Shown in pieces: positions 51,202 to 64,000 of a stretch of 64,000 bases of DNA (its first letter is position 1; every line of letters starts with the position of its first letter). This DNA comes from Octopus vulgaris. Its lineage: Eukaryota. The notes below the pieces were generated by a model. The model was not told the DNA's origin and searched no databases. It worked only from the letters and a program-made list of their open reading frames with translations. The position numbers and the translations under genes are program-made. The DNA lies in the NCBI GenBank assembly GCA_951406725.2, contig OX597833.1, forward strand, positions 34,100,001 to 34,164,000, in the 5' to 3' direction.

Positions 51202-51729
51202 TATAAAAGCCTTGAACTGGCAGAATTGTTAAAGCTTCAAACAAAATATCTTGCATTTGTTCTAACTTGGAATCCTGCTGTGATCAACTTTTCCTTTCAT
51301 CGTTCTGCTGTTGATAAATTACCAGTCAAATAATAAAGTGGATATCATTAACTGTTCCTTGATCCCAGATTTCTAGTCTTGTGCCTCTGTTAGAAATTAT
51401 TATTGATCCCATCATTATCAACTTTGCCTTTTATTCCACTAAAGTCAATAAAATAAATGCCAGTCACAAGCTTGAATCCATTGTACCAACTGTACAAATA
51501 TGTGTGATATATTGAGAGTGGATTCAAGTTAGCAGCTCCTCTGCTTTAAATTTGTAGCCTTGTACCCAATACTAAAACCATAATCATTATGGATTGATTG
51601 AATGTTATACAAAATATCCTTCAGTATTTAGTTAAGGCTTAAAAGAACTGAGTTTAATCCTGACTAAGTTAACTTTGTTCCCATCATTATGAAGGCAATA
51701 AAATAAAGTGTCAATTAAGTATGGTTTAT

Positions 51730-52078
51730 TCTATCTCTATATTATAATTCTGAAATGCAAAAAGTTTGTTTGTCTGGTTTTGACATTAGAACAGGTTAAA
51801 GGCCACTAGATCCCGTCGGATTGACTCCAAAATTTACAGGGACATGTAAAATGAGGTGAGGATGCAAGTGGGCTAGGTTAGAAATCCCCATCTTAAAAGG
51901 TGTCGTTGCTAGGGCCAAAAACGCACACTTTGACAAGTCTACTCTCATTCTTTTATGTGTCTGTCTTTCTCCGTCTCTCTGTTTCCTCCCTTTCTCTCTA
52001 TAACGTCGCTTGACAGCATTTACTATCTTTCCCCCGCCACACTCTTACCCATGCGTAGAGCGGGTCACCTTAAGCTAG
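51730..52078 (+). mobile_element. Short non-autonomous Helitron
   Basis: 5' TCTATCTCTATATTATAA; 3' hairpin ACCC..GCGTAGAGC.GGGT followed by CTAG|T. Confidence 0.7.
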
Positions 52079-53419
52079 TCTCTCTTATAAACTTGTACTT
52101 CTGTGTCAGTGGTAATAAAAATTATTTGAGATTTGATAAAATTATTAGTGTCAGAAATGTCCAGCAGTATTTGTTCTAAATTCAAATCATACACAGTCAG
52201 TTTTACCTTTCATTCTTCCAGAGTTGCTAAAATACTTGTCATGTACTGGGATCAATTTCCTCTCCCCAATTTTATGGCCTTGTACCTATTTTATAAAATA
52301 TTATTAGTCTTAGTAATAATATGATTCTCAGTTCAAATATATACCTTACAGTATTTAGTTTTATCCCTCAGCTTTCCAAGTCAAAACATCTGTGGAGTCT
52401 CTTCTATCAAAAAATACAGGCCTGTGGCCTTGTGCCAATGTGAGAGGTCTCTTAGATTGTAAGATTGTATATATAATTTGTATTATAAACACAAGAGTAT
52501 AATATGAAAGAGATAAACTCCTCCTCAGTGAAGTAATTTTGCAATTTCATTTCCCAGTTGAACCCAATTCTCTTACACTGCTAATGCCATTATCAAAAGC
52601 ATGAACATCACAGAATTTCATTTGTTTTCCTTTATGAATTTGTGGTCCATTTTATGCCTAGATAAAAGATATATATTATTGAGACATCTGCCATTTTAAA
52701 GTAGAAATTAATACAAGGAGAAATTTCAAGATTCTCTTATTTGTAGTAAGGCGACCTTTTCTCTCTACTTTTAAAACTTATAAATATTCCTGAAGTAATA
52801 ATCATTTATTTTTTACTTATCCTGTTATTTTTGTAAAAGTAAAAATTAAAGGGGTTGGTGAATAAATGTTAATGAAGGGAACATTTACAGGTGGTTTTAT
52901 ACATGCGTACATATTTGTTAAATCCTGTCAACTTGTAAATAATTCAGTTTTTCTATCACTTTAGATATGAAGCCTGTTTCAGAAACAATTATTATTATTA
53001 TCATTAAAGCTTGTAGAGTGTCAAGCTAAAAGACCTTACAGTATTTAGTTTCTTCTGTCTGTTTGCCCTGTGTTGAAATCTCCTCAGGGTTAAATTTTGT
53101 TTCTTAATCCTTCGCATAAGCACCAATTTCATAGTGGGGGTTGATTCTTCCTGCGAATTTGTGACTTTATGCTAATGTAAGAAATCATTTGTATGAAAGA
53201 CAGCAGAGTACCAGGCTAAATGCTTCACAACATTTATTTCTGACCTCTATATCTGGTCCAAATTCTGCTAGGCTTCATTTTGCCTTTTGTCCATTCAGGA
53301 ACACTAAAATAAATACCAATCAGATACTGAAGTCATTTCTATTGACCATGTCCTTCCCTACAAACCAATTGTTGTAAAGAAATTATTATTCAACAGATGC
53401 ATATATATATATACATACA

Positions 53420-53431
53420 TACACACACACA

Positions 53432-53469
<38 letters not shown>
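53420..53469. repeat. (CA)n microsatellite
   Basis: Directly visible. Confidence 0.9.
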
Positions 53470-53472
<3 letters not shown>

Positions 53473-53819
53473 TTATTAGTTATACTCTATATTCCAAAAT
53501 TTCAGTTAATGTTTTAAAGAAATTTCTAGCCTTATTTATGGAGATGAATCTTTAAAAGCAATAGTTTTTTAATTAATAAAGATTTATCTCCCCTCCCGTG
53601 TGTATCTAAAATTGTAAACAGATTCCTGAATCAAGTTACTTTTATATGTGTGTGTATATATATCTCAAAGATTATTAAACATTCTTTTACTAATTATTAT
53701 TTGTCATTTGCTTTGATTACTTTGTTGTTGTTTTTTCTACTTGAGTAGTTTTTGTTCTTGCAGAATTAAATTTTTTTCAGGTTCATAGTCACTCATACTA
53801 CTGTGTATTAATGACTATA

Positions 53820-56700
53820 TCATCATCATCATTATCATTTAACATTCGTTTGGACAGTTTTACAGGAGCTGGCAAGTCAAAGGCCTGCACCAGGCTCTAA
53901 TTGTTTGTTTTGGTATGGTTTCTACAGCTGGCTGCCCTTCCTAATACCAGCCATTTTATAGAGTGTACTAGGTGCTTTTTTACATGGCACCAGGACTGGT
54001 GCTTTTTATGTGGCACCAGCATAGAGATCAGCACATTATGCGGGTGTCCTCATCCATACACATTACATGACCATACCAGTGCAGACTTCTCTCTTGTACA
54101 CTACATCTGATGCCTCTCATATCCAATTTTTCTTTTAAATCATTTACACTTTGTTTTACATGCACACTGACATTACCCATCCAGCAGAGCATGCTGGTTT
54201 CATTTCTTCCAAGATTTCATATGTCTTCTGTAGTCACAGCACGTTTCACTGTTATATAGCATGACTGTATGTATACAGGCATCATACAATCTGCCTTTCA
54301 CTCTGAGGAAGAGGTTCTTTGTTACCAATAAAGGTAATAGTTTTCTGAACTTTACCCAGCCTGTTTTTATTCTAGCAACTTCCTCCTCCATTGCTAACTT
54401 GGTTGCCGAAGTAATGGAAGCTATCTACTACTTCTAAGTATCCCCTCAGACATTTGGAGGAAGTTTATTCTATGTGCATGCCTAGTGTTTATTGTACCCA
54501 CATATTTTCCACACAAAAACTACTTTCTCTGATAACTGTCCTGTGATACCACTGCACCTCTTTTGTGTCCATAGCTTGCACTGGGTACACTGTATGGAGT
54601 TTCTACAAACACCTTTTCTACATATCAAGCAGGCCCATCTCCCCGAAGGGACTTGTGCTTTGTCTGTTTTCCTACTTGCTTGGACTTTTGTTTTTGCTAA
54701 ATTGACTCTAATGCCCTTTGATTCAAGACCTTGATTCCACACCTGAAATTTTTTCTCTACTTCAGACAGCAATTCAGCCATAAGAACAAGTCATCAGCAT
54801 AGAAGAGCTCCCAAGGACAGCCAGTATTAAATTCCTTTGTTATGCCCTGGAGGATTATAATAAACAAGAGGGGACTGAGAACTAATCCTTAGTGAACTCC
54901 AACTTATACACTAAATTCCTTCCTATACTCATTGCCAACCCTCACCTTACTGACAGCATCCTTGTACATGGCTTGAACAGCTCTCACCAACCACTCATCT
55001 CTTCCTAGCTTCTGCATTGACCACCAGGTGAGGGAGCAGAAGATCCTGTCAAAAGCTTACTCCATGTCAGCAAAAGCCAAGTACAGGGGCTTATTTTTGG
55101 CTAAATGCTTCTCCTGCAGTTACTTCACCAGGAAGATAGCATCAATACTGCTTCTCCCAAGCACAAAACCAAAGTGTATTTCATCTAGGCTAATTCTCTT
55201 CCTAATTAGTTGATCTATGACCCTCTCTGTAACTTTCATCGGCTGGGCAAACAATATGATACCTCTGTAATTATTTATGTCTAAGGCATCACTTTTATCT
55301 TTGTAGTAATTGACTATAATGCTGCCACACCAGTTGTTGGGTATGACTCCCTCATGGACAACCTAATTAACTATATGGGTGACTGACTAGACCATATCCC
55401 ATTCTGCCAGATATTTGAAGCATCACAGCAGTGATTCCTAAGAGCCAGGGGCTTTCTTTGTCTTCATATCCTTAATTGCTTTATCTACTAGGCAACTTTT
55501 GATTAGGATAGCTGGTCCCTCTGTTGGATCCACATTAGGCAGACTCTCCTTTCATGTATTCTCAATATTTAGCAGCTTTTCATTGTGGCATTTCCAAGCC
55601 TCTTTCTTTGCAGAATTGCTAACTGCAAGTGAACCATCATCCATACTAACACATTTCTCTTCTATAGCATCACAATTTTCTCTCATACTGGAGAACATTA
55701 GCAAACTCTTCCTTTCTGCTTCTTGCTTAGCTAAATATACCTGTCTCCTAACTTCCCTTCAAACTACTTGATATAATTCTCTGCTGTTACCACTCTTTCC
55801 AGGCCTGTTTCTTCATTCTCATGGCCCTGTCTACTTCCGTGTTCCTCCACTATGTCACCTCAGGATTGGAGACAACTTTGCACAAGCCACCAATTTGGTC
55901 AGTGGCCCTCATTAAGTTGTCCTGTAGGAACCTCCAGTTGTTCTCTATATTATATGTTACTATCTCTTCCTTTTTCTTGTCAAATGCTTCAGTTAGAACC
56001 TCTCAAAATCTCTGACTATTCAGAAGATTCTTAAGCTTCCAGACCTTTCTTCTCCAGACTGGTTGTCTTGGCATCTTTCTAGATCTGTGTCTGAAGTCAT
56101 CAGTGACTAGCCTATGTTAAGGGGTGCACTCTTCACCTGGGAAGATCTTCGTATTTATAAGCAACCATATTTCCCATTTTCTGTCAAGAATGTAGTCAAT
56201 CTGGCTTATGTGGTCACAAGATTAATAAGTGGAAAGGTTTACTGGCTGGTTTCCTGAAATTATTATTGCAGTTCACAAGGTCATTTGCATCACAGAACTC
56301 CTGCAGCCTAGTTCCCTCCTCATTGCAGGAACCAACTCTATAGCTTCCATACACCCCATGGAAGCCACTCAGATGCTGCCCAGCATGCCCATTGAGGTCA
56401 CCAGCCACAAAGAGGTCACTGTCATTCGTCAAAATGGTAGTTTGCAAAAAGGTGTCATAAAATTGAGCCTTCTGTTTGTATGGTATCCCAGTTGAGGAGT
56501 GTAGGCAGAAACAGTTGCTGTTAACCCATTTCTCAACAAGAAGTATGCCCACATCACCAACATCATCATTGCCTACCCAGAAGATTTTATGTCTATGTTC
56601 TTTGCCTCTGAGGAACCTGGTAGAAGCCCCACTTCTACACACCTTCATTTCAGCATCTCAACAATTTCACCAAAGGTGTGCCAACTCTAAGGATGAGGAA
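53820..56700 (-). mobile_element. Near full-length decayed RTE-clade LINE (APE-RT) with a (GAT)n tail
   Basis: APE: KIFWVGN..VGILLVEKW, AGDLNGH, GTRLQEFC. RT: WELFYADDL near 54790, GIRVNLAKTKV, Cys-rich insert CLIC..CTQCKLW..C, VKGRLYDAC. Tail catcatcat on the + strand. Confidence 0.9.
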
Positions 56701-57172
56701 GAGGTTGCAAGGGGGGACACAGGGATAGGGGCCATCATATATATATCAATCCAAATACATTGTAGCTTGAAATAACCACCATAACTCCCTCAAATTACAT
56801 CCTACCATCATTCAAAAATAATAAGAGAGATAATGTGATAAGCACCTACTTTTGCCACTGTTACCAGTAACAACTGTGTAAACAAAGAAAAACATGCTTA
56901 TGCTTTTTCTTTTTTTCAAAATATCTGATAAAAGTAGCAAAAAGAACAGTTGACATGATGCCACCAAAACCTGTTAAGAAGTCAGAAATTCACATTTGTA
57001 TCGACAAGCCACCAGACTACAAACATTAACTTCTCTCATAGATGTGAAATAATGTTCTGCAGTTCATTTATTTTGTAAATCGAAATCCCCTTTCTAACCT
57101 TATAGTAAAGAAAGCCTTTCTTAGACAGATGAAATCCGTAATTATCTGATTGTCTACTGAACCAATTAATAT

Positions 57173-57360
57173 CGATTTCAAATTTTGGTACAACACCAGC
57201 AATTTTAGAGGAGGGAATAAGTCAATTAGATCAACTCCATGTTCAACCCAAAAGGACGAAAGTCAGCGTCGACTTCAGTAGAATTTAAACTCTGAACAAA
57301 GACAGATGAAATACCACTAGGCATTTTGCCTGGCATGCTAACAATTCTGCCAGCTCACTG
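57173..57360 (-). mobile_element. SINE family B
   Basis: Reverse complement of the family B body; flanked by repeated gaaccaattaatat (57159 and 57366). Confidence 0.78.
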
Positions 57361-57424
57361 TCTTTGAACCAATTAATATTGTTATAATTGTCAATATAGA
57401 ACGATATAGAATGATGATCATTAA

Positions 57425-57690
57425 TGAGAAAAAATTGGCATAAGAGGAATCAAATTGCAAGAGAAAAGACTGCTGGTTTGGTCATGTAATGTGTATGCAT
57501 AAGGACAGCTGTATATAAAAAAAGTGACAGTCACTTAAAATGAATGGAACCTGTGGAAGACAGAGACTCAGGAAGACTTGGGACAAAGTAATAAAGGCTA
57601 AACTCAAAATACTGAGCCTCATGAAGGAGTTAAGAAAGGACTGAGATTATTAGCAATTGACTGTGCTTAAAAAGATCTATCACAGTAAAA
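57425..57690 (+). mobile_element. RTE LINE 3' fragment
   Basis: Decayed LQEKR.CWFGHV...GTCGR.RLRKTW. Confidence 0.65.
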
Positions 57691-59939
57691 ACGTGATTCG
57701 AAAACCATTTTCTTTATGCTTGTACATGCTGGGCCCTGTCCCATCAAACATTCCCCACAAATCAACCCTTCCCCTAACATCCCCACTCCATCACTCCTCC
57801 ATCAATGGCACTACTCAGCTGCCAAAATCACTTGAGACTAGAATCAGTACATATTACATTACATTCTTCTCCATCCATTCTTTGTGCTACCAGTTACCTC
57901 CTTCACCACTCCCATGGAACCTGTTCCATACCTCACTCCCATCATTATTCATTCCTACACTATTTTCACCTCCTTTCTGCCTCTAGCCATACTTCTTCTC
58001 ATAGCCACTTTCATTTTCAACACCCTCTCATTTTCTATCACACCTGATTCACCTTAGTTACCCATACGTACTTCTACATCTCCCTCCCCACTGCTCTTAC
58101 ACCTTACACATCACCTCCTACTTCCTGCACTATTCTCCCTGGGTTACTTCTGTCTCTCCCACCTTATCTTCTCTTTATTCTGGTATTCCCCATCAACCAC
58201 ATCTCTACTTTTGTTCATCATTCACCTCAACCCCTATCTCCAATCATTTGGCACTCTCCCTTCACACTCTTATATCCCTATCCTCTCTTAGATTAACTTC
58301 CTTCAACCTTGATGGTTTGCTCTGACACCCCATCACAACCATTTTATTTTCTCTACTGTAAGACACCTGCACTTGTCCCACTGTCATACTTTAGCCTCTC
58401 AACACCTAGCATAAAGCCACCCTTTTCCCAAATACCTCCCACCATTCAATCAAAGGAACATTTTCTTTACTTTGTTCCTACTCTTTTCCTGTATTGCAAA
58501 TTACTTAACAATTTCATTTGTGCTGATGGCATGAGAAAATCACTCAGCATACGGTTGGAATTAGGAATGGCATTCAGCTATAGAAACCTTGCCAAAGTTG
58601 ACATTGGAGTTGGACAGTGGAATTGAACCCATGACTACATGGTTGGCAAGTAGCTTCTTAAACACACAACCATACCTGACTCTGGAATATAAAACAAAAA
58701 CTAGTGTGCAGATATAGTAACCTTGTGAGCGGATTTGACAGATAGAGTCTGAAAGAAGCCTGTCATATATATATATAGGAGAACATTTTTTTTATAAACA
58801 GACTTAGAAGCATCAAGTGGGTTGGCATTTTAAAGAAATTTAATTTATTTCCTGTGAGTGTGGGGGTATATGTGTCTCCTTATCTTGACATTCATCCTCA
58901 TCATCATCGTTTAACGTCCGTTTTCCGCGCTAGCACGGGTTGAAGGTAGTAAATGAGCATCATCATTATACAAGCGCTATTGTTAGTTTCCAGCCTTCCA
59001 TGAAAAGCATGTCTGGCCACGAGAAGTCTTACCTTTCTTGGAGAGAGGTGAAGATTGGCTTGGCTGTAGAAAACTTACCTCAACAAATTCCATATGACCC
59101 ATGCAAGCACAGAAAAGCAGATGTTAAACGATGATGGTGGAGTAAATGAAACAAGAAATAATGAGATGATGAGAGCAGTTGACTGGCAGACAGAAAGCCT
59201 TGTGGCTTTTAGATTATGATTTCAAATGCTGTTGTGTTAAGTTCCTAGGGTCAATAGGAAAAAGTACCAGAGAAAAAGGTGGTGAGAAACAAAGTTTACA
59301 ATGTCCTAATGCAGTGTTTCTCATTAGGGGTGTTGTCCCTCCCCTGAGTGGACCGACAAGATTTGAAACTAGGTGTGACAAATTATCACTTTTAACAAAA
59401 TTAAGATGATTTTAAACTTTTAAAACTTGTCCTAACAAAGAAAGAAGAGTGATATGGATCAAAACTCTATTTTGTTTTCTTGTTAATAAGGAGAAAAAAG
59501 TGTTAGTAAATTTCCTTAATAATTTGGTAGAGGGTGGGATTCTGGTATTTCTCTGTTTGAGAACTACCATACAGATGCATTCCTGGTTTCTGTGGGATGG
59601 GTGTCGTTATTTTGAAAGCCAGAGAAGAGAATGTTTAAAAAATTGAAATTTTAGAAAAAGACTTTTCTTCAGAATCATAATTATTATTGTTTTTTATAAT
59701 AGGTCTGATTTTTCTAATACGTTGAACGGGCATATGCCCATGCCTAAATAAAATGAACAAGTTTTAAAACTTCTGGGAAAGGTGATTTTAAAAAAGAATT
59801 TCTTTCCATAATTATAATATCTGTAACGTAAAACGAGTAACTAAAAATCCGTTTGAGAATCTCTGTTTTGGAAAATTGTATTTCTGTTTTTGAAAACGTT
59901 GAGATCCAAAGAAATTCTTTGAAAAAATTATCTAGCAGT

Positions 59940-60241
59940 GCTGTAACTTTCCGACACGCTCGCCTAACCGACCTCACCGTCCCTCAAAATTTGTTTACTT
60001 GGGGAATTGTGCGTGTCTTAACAGCTGTATGAGTGGGTGATGATTTTAAACATTATTTTAACCAGTTTAATATTTTATATATCCTTTGAATGTGAAAAAT
60101 ATCATTTAAATTATTATCATTTTTTATTTTAATAAGTAAAAAACATTAATGTTTTAGTTAGAAATGAGAGAAGTCGAAGCTGCGGCTAATCGTCAAACAA
60201 TAACTTTACATCGGAGAAGGATTTACGCTCAAATCAAGAAG
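59940..60241 (+). promoter_or_regulatory. Probable RRP1 promoter / 5' UTR
   Basis: Local cluster of CpG dinucleotides (ccgacacgctcgcctaaccgacctcaccg; more at 60170-60350) in otherwise CpG-poor DNA, directly upstream of exon 1. Confidence 0.45.
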
Positions 60242-60374
60242 ATGGCTCCTGTTCAGCAAGGTTCCCTGGAAGTGCAACTTGCACAAGGACTTGCAGGCAA
60301 TGAACCAGGGTCTCGAGATAAAACCTTTGCGACTCTACGTAAATTCGTCCGTTTGCAATTGCCACATTTGAAAG
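60242..60374 (+). CDS. RRP1: RRP1/Nop52-family ribosomal RNA processing protein, coding exon 1
   Basis: MAPVQQGSLEVQLAQGLAGNEPGSRDKTFATLRKF matches the Nop52 N-terminus (xLAQxLAxNExxxRD). Start context aagATGgc; donor gtgagt, phase 1. Confidence 0.88.
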
Positions 60375-61099
60375 GTGAGTGAAAATTTCGAATATTAAGT
60401 GCTTACTTTCTAATTTCTGTTTTGGCTGTTTAGTTAGACACGTGCTCTAGCTGCCAACTTTGTTCATTAAGAAAAAGTTGAATTATTTTTTACTTTTCTT
60501 ATTTTATTTCATTTAATCATGTAGTTTTACGGAATTGAAGATTGCCGATCTGCTTAGATATAAATTAATTATAAACTAAATCATTTTCTTTTTTCTTTTA
60601 GCCCGCAGGTCGACACGTGCAAACCGATGATCAGATGCGTGTGTGTCGTTGCTATGTTTTTCCAGATTACATTAACTATTGTTCTTTTTCTGTTTTAAAA
60701 CAATATTGTGTATTTTGAGAACAATTTACTTGCTGTTTTTAGCATGTCGAACGACCATTTCCTGGGTTGGTCGTTTTGTTTTTGATACTCCAGAACAATA
60801 TACGTTATAAAACGTATATTGTTGAAAACACTAACTAAACTTAGTCATGAACTTAGAAAGCCAAAGTTTAGTATATCGACACTGCTTATAATCACAATCC
60901 ATACACACTTTTTTATGTTTCCAGACTTTGTTGTTACGCTTTACATCGCGTATTTTTCGGTAGATGGAAAGGTACATTATTTACATCTGATGGATATTTG
61001 TCCTCATCTTGTTTGTTGTTAACAATAATTTTCGAAATTATTATTATTACTGAAGTCTGGAATCGAACTCGGAATCTTGGAGTTAGTATCCCACGCTGT

Positions 61100-61920
61100 T
61101 AATTAAACACTACTGGTTCCTATATGCTATTCATATCTACACTTGGTCTTCTTAGGAGGTTGTTGTGTCCTAACATATGTGCTGCTTCTTTTAGTTTCCG
61201 TGTTTCCCAGTGGTGTTCTCTGTCTATTATTTTAACTTCATCCCACAGGAGGAGGTGGTCTCCATTTTTCCATACATGATCAGCTACACCCGATTTATCA
61301 ATATCTCCTCGTGTCACAGCTTTGCGATGTTATTTTGAGGGGGCGGCATGTTTCGCCTTTGTATATCCTACCACAGCAGCATGGGATGGAGTACACGCAG
61401 TCTTTGGTCATATTCTCTTCTATTGGGGGTTTTACTCAAAGGAGATATTTGCGAAGTATTGTATTACTCTTGAATACCGTCCTGATGTCATATGGACATC
61501 TTCCTGGTGGGGCCAGAGTATGACGGTGTCATCAACATATCGCAGCCATAGGGTTGGTTTTAGTGGTGTTGATCCTAAGGCCAAATTCTCAAAGTATTTC
61601 ATGTATATATTGGCTATTATTGGTGATAATGGCGAACCCATAGCTAAACCTTCTCCTTGTCGATATATATCAGTGTTCATACTGAAGTAGGTAGTTTCTA
61701 TACAGAAGATCAACATTTCCATCAGGTTTCTTATTGGTATACTAGTTTGTTCTTTTAGATGGGACTTTGGTGAACAGACTCACCATCTAGTTGGATTCAA
61801 TGGGGGGGCATCCTTGATCAATTCTGTGAAGTGGGTGAAATTCTTCACGTACGATGTTGACTTTCCTGCTAATGGACTGGTTATATCCACAAGGAAGCGG
61901 CTCAGTGGATGACATAATTC
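61100..61920 (-). mobile_element. Penelope-like element fragment (RT plus C-terminus of the GIY-YIG region) in RRP1 intron 1
   Basis: YRQGEGLAMGSPLSPIIANIYM..FE...WLRYVDDT; SGVADHVW..DH...WDEVKIIDRE..W..RKLKEA. Confidence 0.85.
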
Positions 61921-62499
61921 CTCATCTCTTAAATATAGAACTGTATTTGGAAAGGGTTTTAAAATAATCATTTTTAACATTGACACGTGGACACAATTAG
62001 TCTTTTATAGGGTGGGGGATGCTCAATTAGGTCAACTTCATTACTTGGATTGTATTTGAATCTATGCCAAAAGGATTGAAGTTGATTCTGGAATATGAAC
62101 TCAGGATGCACAAGGACTTAATTAAATACCATAACATTTAATTACAGCTTTAGGCTGTAATATTTGCAATTGCTGTTAATCTTGGATCAGCTGTGACCAT
62201 CCTGCCTCTATTCCAGAAAGTCTATTTCTTATTGGTCTTGGGACCATGTAGAGATACCCTTGTGTCGAATAATAATGGTAGTAAGTACGGAACAAAATGC
62301 ATCTTTTCTAAATAGTTGTGTGATCACTCTTTAAAATCAAGTCATGGTTATGAATAATGTTAAATTCTCAAATAGGACGAATTTATGAACTAGAAATTTT
62401 TTTATTTCCAACTTCACACCTTAATTGAGCCCAACATATCCACCCCATTACTATCAAAAACATTTACCATTGTATTTCTGTCATCTCCAAACCTTTTCT

Positions 62500-62860
62500 T
62501 CACCCTCAGTTTTCAGAGTAAGTTCTCTACTATGTTGTGAAGCTACTATTCATATACATCATGCCAATTTGTTCACTAAAGTTGGCCCTGAAAATCATTC
62601 TGAAGCTGGATGTAAGGAATGCTTTTATTCTATCTGATGTTAGGTCCTTTTAGGCAATATGGTCAATTTGTATATGATTCATATTTCTGTTCATCTGACC
62701 ATTATCATGGCAATTATAAAAGTTCGATCAAATGTGTTGTACAGCAAGGAGATCCTTTGAGGTCCATTCGCTTTTTCACTTTCAATCAATGACATAGCAA
62801 AATCTGTGGGCAGAGAACTCAACATGCAGTATCTTGCTAACATGAACTTATGTAAACATC
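62500..62860 (+). mobile_element. Decayed CRE-clade-like non-LTR RT fragment
   Basis: CEATIH; NAFxSI; VQQGDP*GPFAFSLSIND...LNMQYL. Confidence 0.55.
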
Positions 62861-63578
62861 CTTTGCAGTGGATGACACGTTTTCTTATGATACTTGACCA
62901 TGAACTTAATGAATAAAAGTGAGCTTCACCTTTTCAATCACATTAACAGAAACAGTATATTCTGTAACATCATGTCTCTTCACATCCCAGAAAGTTTGAA
63001 CTGGTTTTTGCTGGTTGTCCTTATCCTTCCTTCACACTTTATCTCTTTTGTTGAACTACAAAACATCTGTACAATGCATGACCAACAATTTTATACACCC
63101 CAGCCATTAAACCTGGCTACTCTGGTTAATGACTTCTTGTCTTCCAGAAAAATGAGTCCTCATCCCCAGGCAGAGTGTGTACAGTCAGCAGGGTTTTACA
63201 CACAAGTCCATTAATGAGGAAAAATAGAAATTGTGGAATGATGATGTTAGTTTAGAGGAAAGCTATTGTCATTGATGCTGATAATACAAAAAGTTGAATA
63301 TTCACAAATAGATGTCCAGAAGTTTGGTCAATTTGTAAGGCTTTTATTACATTTAAATGGTTGGTTTTCTTTTCATTGGTACAGAATACATTTAATTATC
63401 AAAATTATGTAGTTTAACCCATTAAGGAGTGATATGTAATGTCAAAAATATTGGAAACTCTAACACAACTATTTCACTTGTTTGCAACCCAACAATAAAA
63501 CTGTTTTACATGTATTCTAGATGCTTTCTACCATAATTTATACTTCAAGTAATGACATTTTTCCTTCCCAATTTCTAG

Positions 63579-63661
63579 AACCTTTAACGCAAGATGATTT
63601 TACAAAGATATGGAAAGGAATTCATTACCGTTTGTGGATGCAAGACAAACCTCTTATACAA
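63579..63661 (+). CDS. RRP1: RRP1/Nop52 coding exon 2; the gene continues beyond the window
   Basis: Acceptor tttctag; phase 1; KIWKGIHYRLWMQDKPLIQ matches the Nop52 motif WKGLFYCMWMQDKP. Donor gtaagt. Confidence 0.9.
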
Positions 63662-64000
63662 GTAAGTAAAACACTACACTTATATACATTTAGTGGATCT
63701 AATTTTAGATTGAGATTCAGTTGAAGAAATTTAGAGTTACTGTTTCCACTGGTGATAAAACATTAAAAACTTACATTATATTATACCAATCATCATCATT
63801 GTTGTTAATTTACTTCATTGATGTAATAAAGTGGATCTACCACAATTCAAGAAAATGAGCACAGGTCAATTGAAAGAGTAATTAGAAAATAAAGGTACAG
63901 ACAGGTACATGCTGAAGGGGTAAGTGTGCTAGAATATTTAGTCATCATTTAACATCTCTGTATATTTTTTCCCCCTGCTGGTAGAAGTTGGACAGTTCAT

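Noticed and set aside
60580-60650. Apparent cryptic acceptor (ttttcttttag...cag) in RRP1 intron 1
   Set aside because: tttagcccgcaggtc resembles a recurrent repeat motif seen elsewhere (for example near 23290 and 32610). Exons 1 and 2 already join in phase with continuous homology.
63238-63282. C/D snoRNA-like boxes (ATGATGA...CTGA) in the RRP1 intron
   Set aside because: The span of about 45 nt is too short, with no terminal stem or recognisable guide.

Overview
AT-rich, repeat-dense animal genomic DNA. The SINE, MITE and LINE families and the microsatellites look like an octopus (coleoid cephalopod) genome; this is inferred, not shown. There are two spliced protein-coding genes on the + strand. 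(1) A BBX/bobby-sox HMG-box transcription factor: 8 coding exons from 4105 to 36726, all GT-AG, with phases that join into one 787-aa ORF and an Asn/Ser/Tyr-rich last exon. (2) The first two coding exons of an RRP1/Nop52-family gene (60242-60374, 63579-63661). The rest is transposable-element debris: a near full-length dead CR1-type LINE, Dong/R4, RTE, CRE-like and Penelope fragments, mariner and DD37D elements, Helitrons, TTAA-flanked MITEs and many tRNA-derived SINEs. The most unusual observation is a 5.8S rRNA-derived segment fused 5' to a tRNA-SINE, with both enclosed by one 9-bp target-site duplication (17690-18076). That is either a chimeric retrotranscript or a member of a 5.8S-headed SINE family. 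Also notable are a SINE with a ~120-bp flanking duplication, and inverted SINEs bracketing a stop-free 201-nt HMG-box exon. I found no evidence for a new multi-gene system. All calls were made by eye and repeat boundaries are approximate.
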